Source of the DNA: an uncultured Alistipes sp.
GTDB taxonomy: Bacteria > Bacteroidota > Bacteroidia > Bacteroidales > Rikenellaceae
DNA: 43,041 bases
Direction of reading: 5' to 3'
NCBI GenBank assembly: GCA_949296295.1
Contig: CASFOM010000103.1
Location: 1-43,041, forward strand
The position numbers and the translations under genes were made by a program. Numbering within the stretch: the stretch's first letter is position 1; every line of letters starts with the position of its first letter. Shown piece after piece: positions 29,204-37,149 of this stretch. The notes beneath the pieces were generated by a model. It worked only from the letters and a program-made list of their open reading frames with translations. It was not told the DNA's origin and ran no database searches.

Positions 29204-30745
29204 ATGAAGTTTTTACTCACAAATAATTGGTTAAAAAGGGTTGTTATTATTACAATTTTATTTGGAATGCCCTATTGGCTCCATGCGAAATCAAATGAAG
29301 GGAGCTTTAATGTAAAACATTATGGAGCTAAAGGAGATGGTAAAACTTTGGATAGTCCTGCCATAGACCGGGCTATTGAAGCAGCTTCTAAAGCCGGAGG
29401 CGGAACAGTATTCTTGCCTGCCGGAGTATATTTGAGCGGAAGTATTCATTTGAAAAGTAATATCCATCTTTATTTGGATGCCGGATGTACCATTCTTGCC
29501 TCTTCCGATAACCCTGCGGTATATGATCCTGAGGAGGAACCTCATAATGAAACCGTATATCAGGATGGAGGACATACCTATTTTCATAATTCTTTAATAT
29601 GGGGTAGGGGATTGAATAATGTATCCATCTCGGGGAAAGGAATGATTGATGGAAAGGGATTGGTTAAAACAGGTTCGGAAGTAGGGCAAGGAAAACATGG
29701 TAAGGCCAATAAGGCGATTTGTATTGTAGAAAGTAACCATGTGGAGATTCGGGATATTACGATCTTTCGAGGAGGACATTTCGGTATTCTCCTGACAGGA
29801 TGTAATCTTGTTACATTGGATAATCTGGTTATTGATACCAATCGGGACGGTATCGATATAGATTGTTGTACCAATACGGTGGTTTCCAATTGTAAAGTGA
29901 ATTCCCCTTATGATGACGGAATTTGTCCAAAAAGTTCGTATGCTTTGGGAAGAAAAATAGTTACCGAAAATCTTACCATTACAAACTGTCAGGTCTCTGC
30001 TTTCAAAATGGGTACGTTGATGGATGGAACCATGCAACCTCATCCAAATACCTCCTGGACCTCAAGAAGCGGAAGAATTAAATTCGGTACGGAATCAAAT
30101 GGCGGATTCAGAAACTGTGTGGTATCCAACTGTACGTTCCATTCCTGTAAAGGATTGGCTTTGGAACAAGTGGATGGAGGAGTGTTGGAAAATATAACAA
30201 TTTCCAATATCTCTATGTATAATGTGGATGATTATCCCATTTACATCCAGTTGGGGGAACGGTTGCGCGATCCCGATAAAACATCGCCTTCTGTCGGAAG
30301 GAATATAACAATCTCAAATGTAGTGGCCTATGTCGCTGATTCCCTGAGTGGAATTCATATCTCGGGAACTCCTCGTTTTATCCTAGAAAACATACGTCTT
30401 TCCAACATTAATATTGTTGCAAATGGGGGAGCCTCTGCTGAAGCAGCCAATGTAAAATTTCGTGAAATAGGAGATAAATATCCTGAAATCAGCTATTTTA
30501 AGACAATTGTTCCTTCTTATGGAATTTTTGCTCGTCACGTTAAAAATTTACAGCTCGACAATATCTCTGTGAAGAATATAAATCCGGATATGAGACCGGC
30601 AATCAGAATGAAGAATATTAAAGGTCTTGAAATAGACCGATTCAATGCGGATACTGTAAAAGGTGTCCCGTCCGCAATATTTGAAGAGGTGGAGGAGTAC
30701 GAAATTTATCGTTCTCCTGTGTTGGATAATATGGTAAGGCAATAA
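29204..30745 (+). CDS. glycoside hydrolase family 28 (polygalacturonase/rhamnogalacturonase-like, pectin-lyase fold)
   Basis: 513 aa with a signal peptide. It has 'FNVKHYGAKGDGKTLDSPAIDRAIEAA', the parallel beta-helix repeats 'NRDGIDID' and 'DDGICPKS', and 'GRIKFGTE' (RIK motif). Confidence 0.8.
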   Translation: MKFLLTNNWLKRVVIITILFGMPYWLHAKSNEGSFNVKHYGAKGDGKTLDSPAIDRAIEAASKAGGGTVFLPAGVYLSGSIHLKSNIHLYLDAGCTILASSDNPAVYDPEEEPHNETVYQDGGHTYFHNSLIWGRGLNNVSISGKGMIDGKGLVKTGSEVGQGKHGKANKAICIVESNHVEIRDITIFRGGHFGILLTGCNLVTLDNLVIDTNRDGIDIDCCTNTVVSNCKVNSPYDDGICPKSSYALGRKIVTENLTITNCQVSAFKMGTLMDGTMQPHPNTSWTSRSGRIKFGTESNGGFRNCVVSNCTFHSCKGLALEQVDGGVLENITISNISMYNVDDYPIYIQLGERLRDPDKTSPSVGRNITISNVVAYVADSLSGIHISGTPRFILENIRLSNINIVANGGASAEAANVKFREIGDKYPEISYFKTIVPSYGIFARHVKNLQLDNISVKNINPDMRPAIRMKNIKGLEIDRFNADTVKGVPSAIFEEVEEYEIYRSPVLDNMVRQ

Positions 30746-31026
30746 TCATGATTGATAGAATTGTGTTTTATGGATATTTTCTATTTAGTATGATTGTCTT
30801 TTTACAAATAACAAAGAGAACGAGGTCGCGTTTGACCTGTATGAGAGGATAATTGTTTTTTATGTTAAAGATACTACGTTTTATACTTGTCTCTGATAAG
30901 ATAGAATGTTCAGGGGAAAGGTAATCGATGGAACAGAATGGTTGTCCCTTAAAAAACTTGTTCCCCTTTGCTGAAAGATAGAATGAGAAATAAAATTATA
31001 GTTAGAAACATATTTAAAAAAAGCCG

Positions 31027-33432
31027 ATGAAAAAACTTTTTTTGTACGCAATGGCGTTTATGGTGAGTGGAAATATTCCTGCTTTGGCCAAGGAGGGAAT
31101 TTACCATAAAGATTGGATTGATTTTAATAAAAACGGAGTGAAGGATGTATTTGAGGATCGGTCTCAGGATATATCCAAACGTGTCGATGATTTATTGGCA
31201 CAGATGAGTATTGAAGAAAAAACCTGTCAGCTGGCAACGTTATATGGCTTTGGCAGAGTATTGAAAGATTCTCTACCAACAGAAAGGTGGAAAAATGAAA
31301 TATGGAAAGATGGGATTGCCAATATTGATGAACAGTTGAATGGTGTAGGTAGTTGCTATAAAAGAACGTATAATTTGATTTATCCGTATAAGAATCATGT
31401 AAAGGCCAAGAATCAGATACAAAAATGGTTTATAGAAGAAACTCGTTTGGGAATACCTGTCGAATTTACTAATGAAGGAATACATGGACTTAACCATACG
31501 GGAGCAACGGCTTTACCTGCTCCTATCGGGATTGGTTCTACCTGGAACCGTGAATTGGTTAAAGAGGCCGGGCATATTGTCGGAAAAGAAGCGAAAGCAC
31601 TCAATTATCGTAATGTTTATGCTCCTATTTTGGATGTGGCCAGAGACCAACGTTGGGGACGGGTAGTAGAATGTTATGGAGAAGATCCTTTCCTTATTGC
31701 TGAATTAGGAGGAATGATGGTGGAAGGAATACAGGAAAATGGCATAGCTTCTACATTAAAACATTTTGCGGTGTATAGCGTACCCAAAGGGGGACGAGAC
31801 GGTAGTTGTCGTACAGATCCCCATGTTACGCCAAGAGAGTTGCATGAAATACATTTGTATCCTTTCAGACGGGTAATTAAGGAACACCAACCTTTGGGTG
31901 TCATGAGTAGTTATAACGATTGGGATGGAGTTCCTGTTTCTGCCAGTTATTATTTTTTGACACAACTGCTGCGTCAAGAATACGGCTTTAACGGTTATGT
32001 GGTAAGTGACAGTGAGGCTGTTGAGTTTGTTCATACAAAACATCAGGTGGCAAAAACGTACGACGATGCCGTAAGACAGGTCTTGGAAGCAGGTTTGAAT
32101 GTAAGAACTCATTTCACTCCTCCAAGTGACTTTATTATGGCGGTAAGACGTCTTATTGAAGCTAACAAGATATCTATGGATGTGATCAATCAAAGGGTGA
32201 AAGAGGTCTTAAATGTAAAGTTCCGTTTGGGACTTTTTGACAATCCTTATGGAGAGGACCCTGAAATGGCTGATAAGATAGTCGGTTCCGATAAACACCT
32301 GGATTTTGTGAAAGAGATGCAAAGACAGGCTATTGTCTTGTTGAAAAATGACAATAACATACTGCCTCTTAATAAAGAAAAAATGAATCGGATTCTTATT
32401 ACAGGACCATTGGCCGATGAAGATAATATGATGATTAGTAGATATGGGCCTAATGGATTGCCGTGTGTTACTGTTTTGAAAGGATTGGAAAATTACTTGA
32501 AAGATGAGGTGGAACTTATATATGAAAAGGGGTGTGAGGTAAGGAATCCGGGATGGCCTTATACGGAAATTGTAAATACTCCTTTATCGGAAAAGGAATC
32601 GAGTATGATGAATAAGGCTGTGGAAGCGGCTGAAAATTGTGACCTTATTATTGCTGTGTTGGGAGAGGATGACCATTGTGTCGGAGAGAGTAAATCACGT
32701 ACTTCTTTGGACCTCCCCGGGAGACAACAGCAGTTGCTTGAGAAACTTCACAGTACCGGAAAACCAATCGTTTTGGTATTATTGAATGGTCAGCCTTTGA
32801 CAATAAATTGGGCAGATCAGAATATTGATGGAATTATGGAAGCATGGTTCCCCTCTTTTATTGGAGGAGAAATTATTGCTGAAACCTTATTTGGAGATAA
32901 CAATCCAAGTGGAAAATTGACTGTAACTTTCCCTAAGAGTATTGGACAAATTGAATACAATTTCCCATTTAAAAAAGGATCTCATGGAAAACAACATGTC
33001 TCAGGACCTAACGGTTCTGGAAATACCCGGGTACAGGGAGCATTATATCCTTTCGGATATGGATTGAGTTATACGAATTATGAATACAGCAATCTTGTCA
33101 TTTCTCCAGAGTCCCAATCTTCTCAGGGAATTTATGAAATATCTTGTGATATTAAAAATACTGGAGAAGTAGAAGGGACGGAAATAGTCCAATTATATGT
33201 CAGAGATGTATATAGCAGCGTGGTTACCTATGATGCCATATTGAGGGGATTTGAACGGGTTACTCTGAAACCCGGTGAAACAAAGACGGTTCATTTTGTA
33301 TTGAAACCTTCCGATTTGCAGATTTTGGATAGAAATATGAATTGGACTGTGGAACCCGGAGAATTTAAAATATTGGTCGGAGCCTCTTCTGAAGATATCC
33401 GATTGAAAGGAGATATAACAGTAACGGATTAA
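31027..33432 (+). CDS. glycoside hydrolase family 3 (beta-glucosidase/beta-xylosidase type)
   Basis: 801 aa with a signal peptide. It has 'WGRVVECYGEDP', 'KHFAVYS', 'GYVVSDSEAV' (nucleophile Asp region) and a C-terminal fibronectin-like domain ('VQLYVRD'). Confidence 0.85.
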   Translation: MKKLFLYAMAFMVSGNIPALAKEGIYHKDWIDFNKNGVKDVFEDRSQDISKRVDDLLAQMSIEEKTCQLATLYGFGRVLKDSLPTERWKNEIWKDGIANIDEQLNGVGSCYKRTYNLIYPYKNHVKAKNQIQKWFIEETRLGIPVEFTNEGIHGLNHTGATALPAPIGIGSTWNRELVKEAGHIVGKEAKALNYRNVYAPILDVARDQRWGRVVECYGEDPFLIAELGGMMVEGIQENGIASTLKHFAVYSVPKGGRDGSCRTDPHVTPRELHEIHLYPFRRVIKEHQPLGVMSSYNDWDGVPVSASYYFLTQLLRQEYGFNGYVVSDSEAVEFVHTKHQVAKTYDDAVRQVLEAGLNVRTHFTPPSDFIMAVRRLIEANKISMDVINQRVKEVLNVKFRLGLFDNPYGEDPEMADKIVGSDKHLDFVKEMQRQAIVLLKNDNNILPLNKEKMNRILITGPLADEDNMMISRYGPNGLPCVTVLKGLENYLKDEVELIYEKGCEVRNPGWPYTEIVNTPLSEKESSMMNKAVEAAENCDLIIAVLGEDDHCVGESKSRTSLDLPGRQQQLLEKLHSTGKPIVLVLLNGQPLTINWADQNIDGIMEAWFPSFIGGEIIAETLFGDNNPSGKLTVTFPKSIGQIEYNFPFKKGSHGKQHVSGPNGSGNTRVQGALYPFGYGLSYTNYEYSNLVISPESQSSQGIYEISCDIKNTGEVEGTEIVQLYVRDVYSSVVTYDAILRGFERVTLKPGETKTVHFVLKPSDLQILDRNMNWTVEPGEFKILVGASSEDIRLKGDITVTD

Positions 33433-33442
33433 TGAGGATGAA

Positions 33443-34735
33443 ATGAAATCTATTTTATTGTCTTTTTTGATTTTGTGCTTGTGCCTCAATTCGATGGCTC
33501 AAAGCATCCCGTTTGTCAATGATATGGCTTTTCCTAAAAATACCTATCTCATGCAAGGGTATAATAATGAAATCTATTTCCAACCCTTCCTGAAAAGGTG
33601 GCGCCCTTATGATGATTTTGTCAGATTGGGCAGGATTAAGGGATTGGATTTACATACGGGGAAGAAAGTGGTATTGTCCAATCCCAATGATGCCGATACT
33701 TTAACGGTCAGCTTGATTAATGGGGATAATTTTGATGAATTGAAGAAGATAGAGTCCGTAGTCCGTTTAGGGATACCGGGCGTCGGTGATGATACGGTTA
33801 GGGTTATGTTTTTGGGGGACAGTTTTACTCAGGGACTTTTTTTTAAATGGGCCGTTTTGTCTTCCGGTTATGTTCCTAAGGTTAAGTTGATAGGAACCAG
33901 AAGGGTTAAAGATTGTGAACCCAACGGACATGAAGGACGTGGAGGATGGACGCTGCAACGTTATTTCTCGAATCAATTTGACGATGAATATTTTTATAAT
34001 CCGTTTTGGCAACCTTTGGAAGAGTACCGATATTGGGGAAGTACTGCCTTTTGGAAGAATTGTTTTTTTGTGAGGGATAATGAGGTTGAAACGTTCAGTT
34101 TAAAATATTTTTGTAGCGGTTACGATTTGGAAGGATTCAATAATGAAGGAAAACGTCTCTCGCCTCAAAAAAATGATTTAATGTGGGACGATGACCAAAA
34201 AACATTGATTTATTGGAACGGGAATAAGTGGAAACCAATGGAAAAGAATGATTTACATTGGAATTTTGATTATGGAAAATATTTGGAAATGAATCATTTT
34301 GATTCTCCGGATTTTCTTTTTGTCATGTTGGGTCTTAATGATTTTAGAAATGGATCGTTGAATCCCGATTTTGAAAAATGGAATAATTATATTGAATTGC
34401 TTTTCCAGTCCTATAAAAAAGCTGTTCCCAACGGGAAATTTGTCTTGTGTACGCCTTGTAGCAGTTGTGGCTCTTTGGATAATGCCAATGGCGACTTTAC
34501 TGTCAGACAAAATGCCGTTATGTGGGAGGTCCGGAGAAATATCATAGAACATTTTGACAATAGAACGAATGAGGATTTCTATATTGTGGATACGGCTGTT
34601 ACTATTGATAATGAGAATGGATATAATAAGGAACAGGGTATCCAGACAGGGAACCCCCATCCTTATCCCAATTATCCCCAATTGGGAGTCCCTATTGCCG
34701 CTTTTATTCAATATCATAGGAATTCAACCCATTAG
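33443..34735 (+). CDS. secreted SGNH/GDSL-type hydrolase (putative carbohydrate esterase)
   Basis: 430 aa with signal peptide MKSILLSFLILCLCLNSMAQS. Block I is 'VMFLGDSFTQG' and the later block 'VMLGLNDF' is also present. It starts 10 nt after the GH3 stop. Confidence 0.6.
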   Translation: MKSILLSFLILCLCLNSMAQSIPFVNDMAFPKNTYLMQGYNNEIYFQPFLKRWRPYDDFVRLGRIKGLDLHTGKKVVLSNPNDADTLTVSLINGDNFDELKKIESVVRLGIPGVGDDTVRVMFLGDSFTQGLFFKWAVLSSGYVPKVKLIGTRRVKDCEPNGHEGRGGWTLQRYFSNQFDDEYFYNPFWQPLEEYRYWGSTAFWKNCFFVRDNEVETFSLKYFCSGYDLEGFNNEGKRLSPQKNDLMWDDDQKTLIYWNGNKWKPMEKNDLHWNFDYGKYLEMNHFDSPDFLFVMLGLNDFRNGSLNPDFEKWNNYIELLFQSYKKAVPNGKFVLCTPCSSCGSLDNANGDFTVRQNAVMWEVRRNIIEHFDNRTNEDFYIVDTAVTIDNENGYNKEQGIQTGNPHPYPNYPQLGVPIAAFIQYHRNSTH

Positions 34736-34811
34736 GGAATATAGAAAAGAGAGGACAAGGTAACTTGTCTCCTGAAAAATAAAAGAAGTAGGAATAAAAA
34801 ACATATTTTTG

Positions 34812-34819
34812 TACCTTTG
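34812..34819 (+). promoter_or_regulatory. candidate -7 promoter box for dnaX
   Basis: TACCTTTG (TAnnTTTG) lies 27 nt upstream of the ATG at 34846. Confidence 0.5.
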
Positions 34820-34845
34820 AAATATTGCAGCCAATAACGGGAGAA

Positions 34846-36705
34846 ATGGAAAAATATGTTGTATCGGCCCGAAAATACAGGCCGGTGAATTTCGAATCGG
34901 TAGTCGGACAGTCACACATTACATCTACATTGCGAAATGCCATTATGCGCAATCAACTGGCACATGCTTATCTGTTTTGTGGACCTCGGGGAGTAGGGAA
35001 AACAACTTGTGCCCGCATTCTGGCAAAGGCCGTCAATTGTATGAATCCTGTCTCAAATGCCGAAGCATGTAACGAATGTGAGTCTTGTCGTGCCTTTAAT
35101 GAGGGACGTTCTTATAATATTCATGAATTGGATGCCGCTTCGAACAATTCTGTGGAATATATTAGGACTTTGACCGAACAGGTGCGTATCCCTCCTCAAA
35201 TAGGAAAATATAGCGTTTATATTATTGATGAAGCTCATATGCTTTCAGCAACGGCTTTCAATGCTTTCTTGAAAACATTGGAGGAACCGCCTGCTCATGC
35301 CGTTTTCATATTGGCAACAACGGAAAAACATAAAATATTACCTACCATTCTTTCAAGGTGTCAGATCTATGATTTTAAACGAATCAAAACAGAAGATGTA
35401 GTAGATTACTTGAAAAAAATTTCCGTCGCAGAGCAGGTACAGACGGATGATGAGTCTCTGCATATTATTGCTCGAAAAGCCGATGGATGTATGCGTGATG
35501 CTTTGTCCATGTATGACAAGGTGGTGTCGTTTTGTGGCGGAAACTTGAACTTTAAGGATACTGCTGAAGCATTGAATGTATTAGATTATGATACCTATTT
35601 CCAATTTACGGATATGTTGGCTGCCGGAGATTATGCTTCTGCTTTGGTTGCTTATGACCAGGTTTTGCAAAAGGGATTTGATTCTCAAACTTTTTTGTCG
35701 GGATTAAGTGCTCACTTGCGAAATTTGTTGGTAGCTCTTTCCGGGAATACTCGTTCTCTTTTGGAGGTGACCGGTTCTGTGGCTGAACGATATATGGCTC
35801 AGGCAAAAAGTCTTAAAATTCCTTTTTTGTATGATGGAATGAATATTATTGCTCAAACGGAAACGGTTTTAAGACAGACTTCCAATCTTCGTCTGCACAC
35901 AGAGTTGGCAATTCTGAAATTGTGCAACCTTTCTCCTGTGAAATTATCGGAAGGAGAAAATACGCGAGTATATTCATTACCCAATATATCGGAGGGGAAA
36001 AAAATAACTCCTGTAATAGAAAAAAAAATATCCGAGCCCGTTAAAACTTCTGAGACGAGGAACCCTGAACAGATCACTCCTTCTCAGGTGAAGGAAAAAA
36101 CTTCTGAACCTTCAAAAGTCCCGGACCAATCAGCTGCTGTTGAGGATGTGTCTTCGGTGAAACCTGACCGAACAAAGGAACAACCGAAACCGACTGTTCC
36201 TGCCAAACCTTCTGTTAAGGAACAGGAACCTGCTTCCCATACAGGGGGCTCTCGTTTAGGACTTTCTATAGGAGGCCTGTTAAAACAACAACAGGAAGCA
36301 CAACCCGAGAAAACGGAAAAAGAGTTGGACGAAGTCATATTGATAGCCGATTCAGATCAGGAAAAGGTTTTGGAAGGATGTAGAAATTTTGCTCAGGAAT
36401 TATCAGAAACCCGTCCTCGTTTGGTTACTCCTTTCCGAAAAGCAAAAATTGTTGAGGGAAAGATAGAATTGGTTGTGGCAAACGCTATTTTATCGGATGA
36501 AATATTGAATAATAAACATGAGTTGTTAATACGTCTGGAAGAGTTGTGCGGTATTCCGAAATTGGACGTGAATGTAATAGTAGATAAAAATGCGGAGGAG
36601 GTAAAAAGTGCCCCGGTTCGAGATGAAGATAAATTTAAGGTATTGCTTTCCGTAAACCCAAAACTCAGTGCTTTGTGCAATGCCCTCGATCTTGATTTTA
36701 CTTGA
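34846..36705 (+). CDS. dnaX: DNA polymerase III subunit tau/gamma
   Basis: The start is trimmed to MEKYVVSARKYRP at 34846. The AAA+ clamp-loader motifs 'GPRGVGKTT', the Zn module 'CNECESCRAF', 'IIDEAHML' and 'SRC' are present, followed by a Pro/Glu/Lys-rich linker and a C-terminal tau domain. Confidence 0.9.
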   Translation: MEKYVVSARKYRPVNFESVVGQSHITSTLRNAIMRNQLAHAYLFCGPRGVGKTTCARILAKAVNCMNPVSNAEACNECESCRAFNEGRSYNIHELDAASNNSVEYIRTLTEQVRIPPQIGKYSVYIIDEAHMLSATAFNAFLKTLEEPPAHAVFILATTEKHKILPTILSRCQIYDFKRIKTEDVVDYLKKISVAEQVQTDDESLHIIARKADGCMRDALSMYDKVVSFCGGNLNFKDTAEALNVLDYDTYFQFTDMLAAGDYASALVAYDQVLQKGFDSQTFLSGLSAHLRNLLVALSGNTRSLLEVTGSVAERYMAQAKSLKIPFLYDGMNIIAQTETVLRQTSNLRLHTELAILKLCNLSPVKLSEGENTRVYSLPNISEGKKITPVIEKKISEPVKTSETRNPEQITPSQVKEKTSEPSKVPDQSAAVEDVSSVKPDRTKEQPKPTVPAKPSVKEQEPASHTGGSRLGLSIGGLLKQQQEAQPEKTEKELDEVILIADSDQEKVLEGCRNFAQELSETRPRLVTPFRKAKIVEGKIELVVANAILSDEILNNKHELLIRLEELCGIPKLDVNVIVDKNAEEVKSAPVRDEDKFKVLLSVNPKLSALCNALDLDFT

Positions 36706-36721
36706 TGGTGTGTATATAACT

Positions 36722-36756
36722 AGTTCTAAATAACTGTAACGGTTATATTTAGAACT
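36722..36756 (+). terminator. hairpin after dnaX (probable terminator; marks the left edge of the low-GC islet)
   Basis: AGTTCTAAAT (36722-36731) pairs with ATTTAGAACT (36747-36756), plus further interrupted inner pairs. No clear U-tract follows. Confidence 0.45.
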
Positions 36757-36878
36757 GGTCAGAATGATTTTGCAATAGGTCGGTTTATTGTAATGTAGTA
36801 TTCGTTATCTGCGACTGCATTTATAATTTATTAGTACACTATAGTTATAGTATGTTGAGTACATGCTGTCGTGTTTTT

Positions 36879-36886
36879 TACTTTTG
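36879..36886 (+). promoter_or_regulatory. candidate -7 promoter box for the C-gene/R-gene transcription unit
   Basis: TACTTTTG (TAnnTTTG) lies 24 nt upstream of the ATG at 36910. Confidence 0.4.
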
Positions 36887-36909
36887 TCAAAAGGAAGAAT
36901 TTCTTAATA

Positions 36910-37124
36910 ATGCAAAAAATAAATATCTTGGAGGTATTCGGACATACTCTCTGTAACCTTCGAGTTGAGAAAGGTTTTCTCATGAGTAACTTGCGGATAA
37001 AGTAATTCTCTTCCGAACATATATTCGTATGATAGAGCGTACCGAAAAGAATATTCCTTTATGTAATATTGAAAAAATTTCTAAAGTCTTATGTGTTGGT
37101 CTTTTTGGCTTGGTGAGCGAGTAA
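36910..37124 (+). pseudogene. decayed controller (C-protein-like) XRE-family HTH gene
   Basis: My hand translation from ATG 36910 gives MQKINILEVFGHTLCNLRVEKGF..., which then runs to TAA at 37003-37005. The HTH continues in the next frame as (F)SHE-TAA(36987-36989)-LADKVILFRTYIRMIERTEKNIPLCNIEKISKVLCVGLFGLVSE*, with its stop at 37122-37124. Joining the frames needs 1 nt restored in the T-run at 36975-36978 and read-through of the TAA. The 'RTYIxxIERxxxN...IEKI' block is the signature of R-M controller proteins. Confidence 0.65.
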
Positions 37125-37149
37125 TAATTACAAACTAAAACTGATATTT

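Noticed and set aside
34753-34770. Short hairpin (GGACAAG-GTAA-CTTGTCT) after the SGNH esterase gene as a terminator
   Set aside because: It has only 6-7 bp including a wobble pair, and no U-tract. It is too weak to call, and transcription may simply end near the dnaX promoter region.
35998-36004. First A7 run in dnaX as the frameshift site (directly after a GGAGGGG element)
   Set aside because: In the zero frame it reads GGG AAA AAA ATA, so the heptamer is G_AAA_AAA rather than X_XXY_YYZ and the P-site tRNA could not re-pair. The second run (36021-36027) is in perfect phase, so I report that one. The first run could still contribute to transcriptional slippage.
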